A DNA stretch of 64,000 nt from an uncultured delta proteobacterium (GCA_963847605.1 CAWKAM010000001.1:78351-142350); one strand, 5' to 3'. Shown: positions 10,086 to 19,679, counted from the first letter of the stretch. Program-made: numbers and translations. The notes: generated by a model from the sequence alone, not told the origin.

Positions 10086-10625
10086 ATGGCAGAGATACCA
10101 AGAGGTCCCAAAGAGATACACTCAATGCTCGTCAGGCTCACCGAGGAGCTCATGAACTCCATCAGCGCATGGGACAATGTGGCTTTTATCGGGGTAAGAA
10201 ACGGAGGCGAGCTGATTGCGAGAGGATTGGTGAAACTCCTTGAGGAAAAGATTGCAAAACAGATCCCCTTGGGGGTTTTGGATATCGCCCTGTACCGGGA
10301 TGACCTTACGAGGAGAAAGTTCTATCCTGAGGTCAGGAGTACGGACATCCCCTTTGTCATTGACCACAAAGATATCATACTTGTGGATGATGTTCTCTAT
10401 ACAGGACGGTCTGTACGGGCTGCCATAGATCACATAGTAGACTTGGGCCGACCGGGCAGGATTTACCTGCTGGTGCTGTTTGATAGGGGTGGAAGGGAAC
10501 TGCCCATCCAGGCTGATTTTGTTGGCATGAAGATAAATCTGCCTGATGAGCAGGTCATCAAGCTCGAGGCTTCCGCTGATAAGGAGAACATACCCGGGGT
10601 TATCATCAGCGAGGTGAAAAGATGA
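10086..10625 (+). CDS. pyrR: bifunctional pyrimidine operon regulator / uracil phosphoribosyltransferase PyrR
   Basis: PRTase motif VILVDDVLYTGRSVRAA. 179 aa. Directly upstream of pyrB. Confidence 0.9.
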   Translation: MAEIPRGPKEIHSMLVRLTEELMNSISAWDNVAFIGVRNGGELIARGLVKLLEEKIAKQIPLGVLDIALYRDDLTRRKFYPEVRSTDIPFVIDHKDIILVDDVLYTGRSVRAAIDHIVDLGRPGRIYLLVLFDRGGRELPIQADFVGMKINLPDEQVIKLEASADKENIPGVIISEVKR

Positions 10626-11554
10626 ACTGGCCTCACAAGGACCTTATTGCCATACAGGACCTGACGAGTGAGGAAATCCACACCATTTTAGACATGAGCA
10701 AGTCTTTCAAGGAGATCAGCAAGCGGGACATCAAAAAGGTCCCGGCACTGAGGGGCAAGACCGTTGTGCTGCTCTTCTATGAGGCATCGACCAGGACACG
10801 ACTGTCCTTCGAACTTGCAGCAAAACGCCTGAGTGCGGATACCATGGCCTTGTCCGCATCAGGGTCCTCTTTTGCAAAAGGCGAGACCATAATGGATGCC
10901 GCGCTCAATGTCATGGCCATGTCGCCCGACTGCATCGTGATCCGTTACCCCTATGCAGGGCTCCCCAAGAAACTTGCCCAGGAACTGCCCTGCTCCATTA
11001 TCAATGCAGGAGACGGAACACATGAACATCCATCACAGGCCCTGCTGGACATGTATTCAATGCGGGAACACTTCGGCAAGCTCGATGGTCTGCATGTAGC
11101 TATTGTTGGAGATATTCTGCATTCTCGGGTCGCCCGGTCAAATATCTACGGACTCAAAAAGGTCGGTGCCCATGTCACCGTCGTAGCGCCGAAGACGTTT
11201 CTTCCTGTAGGTGTGGAAACCTGGGGTGTGAATATTGCGACGGCATTTGATCCCGTCGTGAGCGAAGCGGATGCAATCATGATGCTCAGGGTACAAAAAG
11301 AGCGGATCCACGAACAATACTTCTCAGGCGAACGGGAATATGCGTACTTCTACGGCCTCAACAAGAAGCGGGTGGATAAGATGAAACCAGATGCAATCAT
11401 TATGCACCCGGGGCCTATGAACAGGGGGGTGGAGATCACCCATGACGCCGCAGACGGAAGCCGCTCGATTATCCTCAATCAGGTGGAAAACGGGGTTGCC
11501 GTCAGGATGACCCTCCTGTACCTGTCGCTAGGAGGAAATGTCAATGTGGATTAA
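10622..11554 (+). CDS. pyrB: aspartate carbamoyltransferase catalytic subunit
   Basis: STRTR carbamoyl-phosphate-binding motif and an HPxQ motif (HEHPSQALLD). 4-nt overlap with pyrR. Confidence 0.9.
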   Translation: MNWPHKDLIAIQDLTSEEIHTILDMSKSFKEISKRDIKKVPALRGKTVVLLFYEASTRTRLSFELAAKRLSADTMALSASGSSFAKGETIMDAALNVMAMSPDCIVIRYPYAGLPKKLAQELPCSIINAGDGTHEHPSQALLDMYSMREHFGKLDGLHVAIVGDILHSRVARSNIYGLKKVGAHVTVVAPKTFLPVGVETWGVNIATAFDPVVSEADAIMMLRVQKERIHEQYFSGEREYAYFYGLNKKRVDKMKPDAIIMHPGPMNRGVEITHDAADGSRSIILNQVENGVAVRMTLLYLSLGGNVNVD

Positions 11555-12818
11555 GGGTGGCCGCCTTATAGACCCAGCGAATAACCGTGACGAGCAGGTG
11601 GATATTCTCATATGGGATGGGAGAATTAAGGATATCCGGCCGGCAGGGGGACTAACACCATCCGGGGAAGATATCATCGATGCTAAGGGGTTGTGGGTGC
11701 TTCCAGGGCTCATCGACATGCACGCCCACCTCAGAGAGCCCGGGTACGAATACAAGGAAGATATCGCAAGCGGAAGTCAGGCTGCTGCAGCAGGGGGCAT
11801 CACCACCGTGGTCTGCATGGCCAATACAGATCCGGTCAATGATAACCCGTCCGTGACCCAGTATATTTTAAAGAAGGCATCAAGCATAGGTATGGTGAGG
11901 GTGCTCCCGGTGGGGGCCATCACCAAGGGGCAGCAAGGCAAAGAGCTCGCAGAGATGGGCCTTATGAAGGAGGCAGGAGTCATAGCCGTTTCGGATGACG
12001 GCAGGCCCGTAGAGAGTGCATCCATAATGAGAAGGGCGCTTGAGTATGCCTCCACCTTTTCGCTTCCGGTGATCACTCATTGTGAGGATAAAAACCTCGC
12101 CGGCTCAGGTGTGATGAACGAAGGTGCGCTGTCGTCTCAACTCGGTCTTGCAGGGATCCCTTCTCTGACAGAGGAGATCATGGTATCCCGAGATGTGCTG
12201 CTGTCACAGTACACCGGAGTCCCTGTCCACATCACCCATATTTCCACCAAAGGGAGTCTGGAGATCATCAGGGCAGCCAAGCTGCAGGGTGTAAAGGTTA
12301 CTTGTGATACAACACCACACCATCTCCTGCTTACCGAGGAGGGTGTGCGGACATACAATGCGAATTACAAGATGAATCCGCCCCTAAGGAATGAAGCAGA
12401 CAGGCACGCGTTGATTGAAGGGATCAGGATGAACCTGATCGATTGCATTGCCACCGACCATGCACCGCATGTGAGGGATGAGAAAGACCTGGACTTTGAC
12501 CTGGCCCCCTTCGGCATCATTGGGTTTCAGACATTGCTGCCCGCACTCATGAAACTTCACCTCGACTTTGATATAGATTTTTCCCAGCTCCTGGCCTGTG
12601 TGACAAAAAATCCTGCCAAGGTCTTAGGCATTGAGGGAGGCAAGCTGAGTCCGGGTTCACATGCTGATGTTACTATCTTTGATCCGGATGCCGTCTGGAC
12701 CCTTACCGAGGAGATGATCTTCTCCAAGTCGCGAAACACACCTTTTATCGGATGGACCTTTACCGGAAAAGTGGTGCGTACCCTCGTCGAGGGTCGAACA
12801 GTCTATAGCACGGATTAG
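11538..12818 (+). CDS. pyrC: dihydroorotase (multifunctional-type, ~426 aa)
   Basis: DMHAHLREPG metal-binding motif and a DHAPH motif. Overlaps the pyrB end. Confidence 0.9.
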   Translation: MSMWIKGGRLIDPANNRDEQVDILIWDGRIKDIRPAGGLTPSGEDIIDAKGLWVLPGLIDMHAHLREPGYEYKEDIASGSQAAAAGGITTVVCMANTDPVNDNPSVTQYILKKASSIGMVRVLPVGAITKGQQGKELAEMGLMKEAGVIAVSDDGRPVESASIMRRALEYASTFSLPVITHCEDKNLAGSGVMNEGALSSQLGLAGIPSLTEEIMVSRDVLLSQYTGVPVHITHISTKGSLEIIRAAKLQGVKVTCDTTPHHLLLTEEGVRTYNANYKMNPPLRNEADRHALIEGIRMNLIDCIATDHAPHVRDEKDLDFDLAPFGIIGFQTLLPALMKLHLDFDIDFSQLLACVTKNPAKVLGIEGGKLSPGSHADVTIFDPDAVWTLTEEMIFSKSRNTPFIGWTFTGKVVRTLVEGRTVYSTD

Positions 12819-13948
12819 AGCAGGCCCGCTTCTTTCAGCATTCCTCTCACCATTTCGCCGATGGCAAGGCAGCCGGTCAGCCCCGGCGACTCAATCCCGA
12901 TCAGATTGATGAGACCGAACAGGCCCCGATCCGCTTCATGGCGGATCACGAAGTCCCGCACCGCACTATCAGGTGGCTGTATCTTAGGTCGTATGCCGGC
13001 CATATCGGGCATGATATCGTCATCATCCAAGAAGGGCAACAGCCTGCGGGCACTCTGAAGGAATTCACCGGCATGGGCAGGGTTCACATCATAGTTGATC
13101 TCATCCACATACCGGGCATCGGGACCAAGCCTGACCGAACCTGAGAGGTCCTTGGTCACGTGGATACCAAGGCCGGTAAGGCTCTTTTCCGGGCTTGGGT
13201 ATACAAGCCCGTTTACAAGCCCCTGTTTCTTCCCGCGCACGCGGAAATACTGGCCTTTGACCGGATAGATGCGATACCCTGCACTCTCAACATCGATGCC
13301 GGCCATGGTGGCTATGGTATCGGAATGGAGACCTGCTGAGTTGATGAGTGCCGTTGAATTAAAGGTATAGCTATCTGCAGGCCTTGACTCCACAGAGCAC
13401 ATAAACCCGTCAGATAATGCATGGATGGAAGACAGAGGTGAGTTGTACAAGATGATACACCCTTGGCTCAAAGCAAGGGCCTCGAGTATTTTTACGAGCC
13501 GGTGCGAATCGAGGATCCCGGTGCGGGGAGAATAAAGGGCGCTCACACCGCTGATACGAGGCTCCTTCTTGTTCAACTCGGTCCTCGTGAGCATGGTGAG
13601 CCCCTCTGCACCATTTTCTGTCCCCTGTCTCAAAAGACCCTCGATGGCAGGCTCTTCCCCTTCTGATGCCGCTACAATAACCTTTCCCAATGGACGGAAA
13701 GGGATAGCATGCCTCTCGCAAAAGGTATAGAGCAGGCGGGATCCCTCGACACAGAGCCTGGCCTTTAGAGATCCCGTGGGATAGTAGATCCCGGCGTGGA
13801 TCACCTCGGAGTTGCGTGAGCTTGTCTCCTTGCCGGGTCCGGATTCCTTTTCCAATACGACAATGGACCTGCCTTTTTCTGCGAGCGCACAGGCTACGGC
13901 CAGGCCCACAACACCTGCTCCGACAATGGTGATATCAACGTGAATCAT
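12815..13948 (-). CDS. FAD-dependent oxidoreductase (L-2-hydroxyglutarate oxidase / glycerol-3-P dehydrogenase-like)
   Basis: N-terminal DITIVGAGVVGLAVA dinucleotide fold. The ORF track extends to 14113, but the Rossmann start and the GC-rich body support a start at the ATG at 13948. Convergent 4-nt overlap with pyrC. Confidence 0.75.
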   Translation of the reverse strand: MIHVDITIVGAGVVGLAVACALAEKGRSIVVLEKESGPGKETSSRNSEVIHAGIYYPTGSLKARLCVEGSRLLYTFCERHAIPFRPLGKVIVAASEGEEPAIEGLLRQGTENGAEGLTMLTRTELNKKEPRISGVSALYSPRTGILDSHRLVKILEALALSQGCIILYNSPLSSIHALSDGFMCSVESRPADSYTFNSTALINSAGLHSDTIATMAGIDVESAGYRIYPVKGQYFRVRGKKQGLVNGLVYPSPEKSLTGLGIHVTKDLSGSVRLGPDARYVDEINYDVNPAHAGEFLQSARRLLPFLDDDDIMPDMAGIRPKIQPPDSAVRDFVIRHEADRGLFGLINLIGIESPGLTGCLAIGEMVRGMLKEAGLL

Positions 13949-14159
13949 AGAGCCCTTATACCAGCAAAGAGAACGAGGAAAAAGTAAAACGGAAATGAAT
14001 GAGTCCTTTGCCGCAGCATGAATATAAACACTCCTAAGGAGAGGTGTCTTAAAAAACAGTAAAATTCCACTGACCGCCTTGCCTGTATCCCTGTGATCTG
14101 GTATACCTTTCATGGTTTACTCAAGCGCCAGCATAACAACACAATTCTTGGAGGAGGCC

Positions 14160-15926
14160 ATGGATATCAGGGATAAGATTCCGGTGATCAGGGTTGCTAT
14201 CAGGGGTGCCAATGGAAGGATGGGTCTTCAGGCTATCTATGCTTCGATGGAGAATAACGAAGATATCCTTGCCAGGGCAAAAACCAAGGAGCTTACCGAT
14301 AAGGATGTCTGGATAGATATAGTTTTCGGGGCCTTTACCGCAGACATCCCTACGGTGCAGCAGATTCTTGCCGGGATCATGCGTTCGGAAAAATCCAAGA
14401 TCCTGGAAGGTTATGACAAGATGGGGAGTCCCATCTTCCGCCTGAAGGCTGACGGCAAGCACGAGCTGAGGACCAAGTATCTGGAGCAGACCCTTGATGA
14501 AGAGCCACAGCGCGATCATGTCATTCCCTTTGACCGCCAGGAGCTCATAGACTCGCCCGAGGGCCTGCCGGCCATCAAGATTCTGTCCCATGACAAGCAG
14601 GAGGTGCTCTCGGTTATCCGCCACGCCAATGTCCGTCTCGGCGAGCTCTCTTCAGAGGCCATCATGGACCGGGTGCTGGACACTGCGTATGACCTGGGTG
14701 CGAACGTCTTGCTGTCATGTGTGGGAGACACGGCAAAAAAGGCGGACCGGATGCAGAAGTGGCTCGACAAGATCCACGAGAAGAAATACCCGATGGGGTT
14801 TTTAGAGTCTGCGCCGGCCAAGGGCTGGGAGAAAAGGATGCTCTCCCGTCAGGATGAGATCAGCATGCTCTGTTCAAGGAACAACAGCCCCACAGGGACG
14901 CTCTTCAGGACAGGGATCGCGCTGAAGCAGCCCTTGTTCACGTATAATAACTTTGAGTTCGGCAAGGTAGCACAAAGGTTTAAAAAGGTATTCGGCAGGA
15001 TCATAGCGCAGATTACACAAAACGATGTCTTCAAGAATTATGCACAGATCCTTAAGAAACAGCCCACCACAATCCGGGAGATCGATGGTGAGGAGATCCT
15101 GGTGAACTACCCTCCCAACTTCCTTACCGTGACATCGCCCGACTACATCATTTTCAGCTTCTATGAAGACAACGAATATGGCTTCATCTGCGCGTCACTC
15201 ATCCCCAATCTCAAGGCACTGGGCCTGATTTATCGTGACAGTGCCCTGGTCGAGAAGGTCAGGGCGGATGGTCTGAAGTATGAAGCCGTCACCAATGTCC
15301 CCGGACTCTTCGGGACCGACTGGATCGTGAAGGCACCCCAGGAGATCATTAAAAGGGGAGGCGCCATGTCCACGAGCTCCTGCACCACAAATGGCAATAT
15401 TGTGGGAGACATCAGCATGTTTCTGGCCCTGCACAGCTATTTTGACTTCTTCGCTGATACTACAAAAGATTACTATACGTGCACCGACACGGGGAAAAGG
15501 AGTAAGATCGAGGAGAAGATCGAAAAGAAGTTCTCCGAATTTAAGGGTTACCTCGAAGGAATACTCTCCAACAGGGCCCGCATGATCAAGACGATCTTCA
15601 ATTTCTATTACGACCAGGTATCCTTCATCAACACCGATATGCAGCACGGGCTTACCCGAGCAGAATCCCCTGAGGACCTGGAGTACCTGAGAGAGACATC
15701 TTCCGGTTCCCAGACCGAGGTCCCCAAGCTGCTTTCTCTGCCAAGCCGGGAGCTGGATTATCTCAAAGGACTCAAGGCCATGGTGGCCGATCAGCTTGCA
15801 ATCGAAAAGGACGAGCAGGAAAAGGCAGGCCTGGCCGATCAGCTGGAAAAAATCGAATCAAGCATTAAAACCATTAATGAAAGTATTAACATTGTATCCA
15901 TACTTGAACACGTAGAGGGCAAATAG
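14160..15926 (+). CDS. hypothetical 588-aa protein with a DapB-like N-terminal NAD(P)-binding fold and a long unassigned C-terminal region
   Basis: Strong RBS GGAGGAGG 3 nt before the ATG at 14160. N-terminus MDIRDKIPVIRVAIRGANGRMG resembles the DapB/GFO Rossmann fingerprint. The remaining ~480 aa carry no motif I recognise. Coiled-coil-like tail (…DEQEKAGLADQLEKIESSIKTINESINIV). Confidence 0.7.
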   Translation: MDIRDKIPVIRVAIRGANGRMGLQAIYASMENNEDILARAKTKELTDKDVWIDIVFGAFTADIPTVQQILAGIMRSEKSKILEGYDKMGSPIFRLKADGKHELRTKYLEQTLDEEPQRDHVIPFDRQELIDSPEGLPAIKILSHDKQEVLSVIRHANVRLGELSSEAIMDRVLDTAYDLGANVLLSCVGDTAKKADRMQKWLDKIHEKKYPMGFLESAPAKGWEKRMLSRQDEISMLCSRNNSPTGTLFRTGIALKQPLFTYNNFEFGKVAQRFKKVFGRIIAQITQNDVFKNYAQILKKQPTTIREIDGEEILVNYPPNFLTVTSPDYIIFSFYEDNEYGFICASLIPNLKALGLIYRDSALVEKVRADGLKYEAVTNVPGLFGTDWIVKAPQEIIKRGGAMSTSSCTTNGNIVGDISMFLALHSYFDFFADTTKDYYTCTDTGKRSKIEEKIEKKFSEFKGYLEGILSNRARMIKTIFNFYYDQVSFINTDMQHGLTRAESPEDLEYLRETSSGSQTEVPKLLSLPSRELDYLKGLKAMVADQLAIEKDEQEKAGLADQLEKIESSIKTINESINIVSILEHVEGK

Positions 15927-15969
15927 GTGCTTGACACCCCAAATTCGTTTGGACTATGAACCCTCAGAA

Positions 15970-16042
15970 GGGCCCATAGCTCAATTGGTAGAGCCACCGG
16001 CTCATAACCGGTAGGTCCCTGGTTCGATTCCAGGTGGGCCCA
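15970..16042 (+). tRNA. tRNA-Met (anticodon CAU; G1-C72 paired, so elongator-type or tRNA-Ile2/lysidine)
   Basis: Cloverleaf is readable: acceptor GGGCCCA/TGGGCCC, D-arm GCTC..GAGC, anticodon stem ACCGG/CCGGT with loop CTCATAA, T-arm CCTGG-TTCGATT-CCAGG. No encoded CCA. Confidence 0.85.
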
Positions 16043-16162
16043 TTATCGGGCTAAGGAAGTAAGGGTGAGAACGGGTTTTATACATGATCACTGTTTGAAA
16101 ACGATACGCGGCAAAGGCCATACAAAAGGGGTGCTATCAAAGCATCCCTTTTTTATTCATTC

Positions 16163-16912
16163 ATGATGATGCTCAAAGACGTGATGACAGTGCTTGATAC
16201 GATAGCACCCTTCGATGCCGCGGAGGAGTGGGACAATGTGGGCCTCATGGTCGGGGACCCATGCAGCGAGATCAAATCAGTACTTGTAGCCCTGGACCCG
16301 ACTCTAGAGGTTATCGAGGCTGCCAGGGAAACGGGTATGGATCTCATCCTCACACACCATCCCCTCATTTTTAAGCCCATCTCCCGCATAGATCTCAAGG
16401 ATATGATCGCAAAGAAGATTGCGATGCTTCTTGAGGCACGGATCAACCTGGTCAGCATGCACACCAATCTTGATAAAGCACCGGGGGGTGTTGCTGATGA
16501 GCTTGCTAAAATGCTTGGGCTACATGACATAAGTAACTACGGGGCCTTGCGCGTAGGGTCCATTAAGATGCCGACACCACTTGGTGGTTGGGTTCATACA
16601 TTGCCTGTTAAGAGTGCGCGTCTCATCGATGCGGGTAGGGATGTGCTTAAGGTCGGCGTTTGCCCGGGGAGCGGCATGGATTACTGGCAACAGGCCCGGG
16701 AAATGGGGTGCGACACGTTTGTAACCGGGGATGTTCGCCACCATGCTGGGCTCGATGCAAGAGAGTCGAGCATGAATGTGCTGGACCTCGGTCACTTCGG
16801 ATCAGAGGAGATTATTATTAAGCCCCTTACAGAAAGGCTCAAACAAGAGCTGAAGGGAATAGCAGTCCATGCCTACCAGGGCAGGGATATTTTTTCCCTC
16901 TATAACAACTAA
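16163..16912 (+). CDS. Nif3-family dinuclear metal-centre protein (YqfO/YbgI-like)
   Basis: Conserved HHPLIFKP and GHFGSE motifs. 249 aa. Confidence 0.85.
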   Translation: MMMLKDVMTVLDTIAPFDAAEEWDNVGLMVGDPCSEIKSVLVALDPTLEVIEAARETGMDLILTHHPLIFKPISRIDLKDMIAKKIAMLLEARINLVSMHTNLDKAPGGVADELAKMLGLHDISNYGALRVGSIKMPTPLGGWVHTLPVKSARLIDAGRDVLKVGVCPGSGMDYWQQAREMGCDTFVTGDVRHHAGLDARESSMNVLDLGHFGSEEIIIKPLTERLKQELKGIAVHAYQGRDIFSLYNN

Positions 16913-16924
16913 GGAGAGTAAAGG

Positions 16925-17644
16925 TTGAAGGATTTACTGGAAGATCTGATCGCACTACAGAATGTGGAACTTGAGATATTCAAGGCTGAAGAAGGTTTAC
17001 GGGAACTCCCCAAGGAGGTCTCCGAGATCGAGAGCATTATAAGCGCCCGGAAGAAATCCTTGGATGCAGTGGATGATGAGATTGCATCCTATGAGGAGAG
17101 AAAGACACCGCTTGAAGCGGAGCTGAAGGAAAACCAGGCTCTCCTTGATGCGGCGGATGCCAGGATTAAGAGGATCAAGACCAACAAAGAATATCTTGCC
17201 CTGCAGCGGGAAATAGACCTTGCCAAGAAGAGGAAGGCCGATATTGAGGAGCAGGTCCTTGCCATCATGGAAAAGATAGAAAAGAAGGCAGCCGACCGGG
17301 AGAGGATAAGGAACTCATTTGAGACCGACAAGGTGATCCTTGATGTGAAGAAGAACAAGATCACTGCCCAGATGAAAGAGCTTGAGGCCATACTGGCCGA
17401 ATACAAGGGAAAGGACGGCCGCCTACGCAAGATCGTGGACAAATCGCTGCTTATAAAGTACGACCGCATAAAGCAGAGCAAGAAGGGCCTTGCCGTGGTG
17501 GAGTGTTTTGAAGGGGTTTGCAGGGGCTGCCATATGCACATCCAGCCTCAGCTCTTCAACGAGCTCATCCGCGGCGACAGATTGATTACCTGCCCCGCAT
17601 GCCAGAGGATCCTCTATGTGAAGGTCCAGGAGGAGCCGGACTAA
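16925..17644 (+). CDS. C4-type zinc-ribbon / coiled-coil protein (DUF164-like, commonly paired with Nif3)
   Basis: Long coiled-coil, then CRGCHMHI...CPACQRILY zinc ribbon. Probable TTG start at 16925, 6 nt after AAGGAGAG. Confidence 0.8.
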   Translation: MKDLLEDLIALQNVELEIFKAEEGLRELPKEVSEIESIISARKKSLDAVDDEIASYEERKTPLEAELKENQALLDAADARIKRIKTNKEYLALQREIDLAKKRKADIEEQVLAIMEKIEKKAADRERIRNSFETDKVILDVKKNKITAQMKELEAILAEYKGKDGRLRKIVDKSLLIKYDRIKQSKKGLAVVECFEGVCRGCHMHIQPQLFNELIRGDRLITCPACQRILYVKVQEEPD

Positions 17645-18001
17645 GCAGTATGTTGGTGTCTTAAAGAGCTACAAGCCGCAAATGAGTATTGTGTACAACC
17701 GAAGTATAGAGTATATAGGCAGCATAAATTTTCACTCTTATAATTGATAATTATGTAATGATATTGCTCTAGGAAGGAGGTATCCATGGTGGTTCTCCTC
17801 TTTCATCACGAACCCGCCTGAACCTCGGATGATTACAAATTCACATGCAAAAAATACCCTTAAAGTATTTTAAAAATTATCCGTATATATATTGTGACAA
17901 TGAATATTGATGAATTATATGCTTTTTTCGATCAGAACGCAGGGCGCCAAGGCTTATTTTATACATTAAGCAATTCCACAAAACCAAGGAGGAATGAAGC
18001 A

Positions 18002-18469
18002 ATGTTAAAAATGTTCAGGTCAAACAAAAAAGGTTTTACATTGATCGAGTTGATGATCGTCGTGGCGATCATCGGTATCCTGGCGGCCATCGCAATCCCG
18101 GCGTATGCCAACTACACGAAAAAGGCGAGGCTGACAGAGGTGTCGCATTCTATGGGAGCCTTAGGTAATGCTCAAATAGATTACTACAACAACCAGAGTA
18201 TATATCCAACATCATGCGCGAACATAGCAGCGGTACAGAACACCTTTGGTGTAAATATCATCCCTCAGACCTATATTACTGATGTATCAATAACCGCGCA
18301 TAACGCTGCGAACCCGGCCAACGCAGATATTACAGTTACATTTAATGGCACGATAGACAATACTTGGGCCGGCAAAACACTCACCTTAAGGGTGGCACAG
18401 GGGGTCCGTGGTTTATGGAATCCGAATAATAACGATACGCTCCCCCCAGCGTTTATTCCAAAACAGTAG
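18002..18469 (+). CDS. pilA: type IV pilin (type IVa major pilin-like)
   Basis: Leader [11 protein letters not shown] followed by [24 protein letters not shown] (prepilin peptidase site G/F, Glu5). RBS AAGGAGG at 17986-17992. The ORF-track start at 17894 is an upstream extension. The C-terminal two-thirds is AT-rich and variable. Confidence 0.85.
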   Translation: MLKMFRSNKKGFTLIELMIVVAIIGILAAIAIPAYANYTKKARLTEVSHSMGALGNAQIDYYNNQSIYPTSCANIAAVQNTFGVNIIPQTYITDVSITAHNAANPANADITVTFNGTIDNTWAGKTLTLRVAQGVRGLWNPNNNDTLPPAFIPKQ

Positions 18470-18496
18470 TAACACAGCAGGATCATGAAGAAGAAA

Positions 18497-18526
18497 AAGC
18501 CCGGCTTAATGCCGGGCTTTCTTTAT
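18497..18526 (+). terminator. Rho-independent terminator downstream of the pilin gene
   Basis: AAAAAGCCCGGC-ttaat-GCCGGGCTTTCTTT is a perfect 7-8 bp GC stem followed by a T-run. Confidence 0.7.
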
Positions 18527-18568
18527 TGAAGATCAATTGCCATAAGCGATTGATCGTATTAAACTGAT

Positions 18569-19420
18569 ATGGTGCCTGATATAACTCGTTGTTCCTTATC
18601 CCAGACGAACAAAAAGAGCCTTAACAGGGTATTCAGAAAAACCATTTATGATCATCATCATGAACATGCGAGAATATTCCCTTGGAGGAACACGATAGAT
18701 CCTTACCTTATCCTTGTTTCCGAGTTCATGCTTCAACAAACTCAGACGGAACGGGTATTGAGTTATTATGATCCTTTCGCCAGGCAGTTTCCCAACTTCC
18801 AAACGCTTGCAGGAGCGCAGCTCAAGGATGTATTGGAGCTCTGGCAGGGGCTTGGCTACAACCAGAGGGCCATTAATCTCAGGCTTACAGCACAGATAGT
18901 TGTATCGGAGTATAATAGTATACTCCCTGAGACCCGAGGGCAACTAGTCGGGTTACCTGGGATTGGTCAGTCTACGGCAGGGGCAATCATGGCTTTTAGC
19001 TTCAACAAGCCAGTTGTATTCATTGAGACCAATATCAGGTGTGTCTTCATCTACTATTTCTTCAAAGACAGGATTAATATCAGGGATAGCGAGATACTGC
19101 CTCTTGTTGAGGAGACAATAGATCATGGCAACCCCAGGCACTGGTACTATGCCCTCATGGACTATGGAGCAATGCTCAAGAAACAGGGCGCAAACGCCAA
19201 CAGGAAGAGTGCCCACTATGCCCGGCAGGCATCTTTTGAGGGATCGGACCGGCAGGTCAGGGGAGCCGTCATTAAAAAGCTCCTTGCACAAGGGACCATG
19301 GAAGAACAGGATCTCATTTCCATTATGGGTATCGAGCCTGGGCACGCTGGAAAGATCTTTTCAAACCTCGAGAAAGACGGCTTCATTGAGCGTTTGGAAT
19401 CCAAGATACTCCTTAAATGA
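18569..19420 (+). CDS. HhH-GPD superfamily DNA glycosylase-like protein (MutY/Nth-related, no Fe-S cluster) with a C-terminal winged-helix-like tail
   Basis: LQQTQTERV...LELWQGLGYNQRAINL and the HhH motif LVGLPGIGQSTAGAIMAF. No Cx6Cx2Cx5C cluster. The C-terminal ~70 aa look wHTH-like. Confidence 0.7.
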   Translation: MVPDITRCSLSQTNKKSLNRVFRKTIYDHHHEHARIFPWRNTIDPYLILVSEFMLQQTQTERVLSYYDPFARQFPNFQTLAGAQLKDVLELWQGLGYNQRAINLRLTAQIVVSEYNSILPETRGQLVGLPGIGQSTAGAIMAFSFNKPVVFIETNIRCVFIYYFFKDRINIRDSEILPLVEETIDHGNPRHWYYALMDYGAMLKKQGANANRKSAHYARQASFEGSDRQVRGAVIKKLLAQGTMEEQDLISIMGIEPGHAGKIFSNLEKDGFIERLESKILLK

Positions 19421-19524
19421 AGACGTTGTCATCCTGTCGTCGTCACAGGGACATATGTCTTTTAAAAAGGCCCCTTTCTTTCATTCGCACCATTCCATTT
19501 GATATATTACATCAACACGAAGAA

Positions 19525-19597
19525 TGCCCCCGGCAAGGATTGAACTTGCGACACCAGGATTAGGAATCCTGTGCTCTATCCACTGAGCTACGGGGGC
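19525..19597 (-). tRNA. tRNA-Arg (anticodon CCU)
   Basis: Reverse complement reads GCCCCCGTAGCTCAGTGGATAGAGCACAGGATTCCTAATCCTGGTGTCGCAAGTTCAATCCTTGCCGGGGGCA. Anticodon loop TTCCTAA. No encoded CCA. Confidence 0.85.
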
Positions 19598-19679
19598 ATT
19601 GGGCCTTAATTAACCGCCCGGCCATCTCTAGTCAAGGAGAAAATGGCAAGGTAAAATCAGCCTTGGCAGGCCTCCGGAG

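Noticed and set aside
15970-16042. Possibility that the CAU tRNA is the initiator tRNA-fMet
   Set aside because: Positions 1 and 72 form a G-C pair. The anticodon stem lacks the three consecutive G-C pairs typical of bacterial initiators. It is therefore an elongator-type tRNA-Met or tRNA-Ile2.
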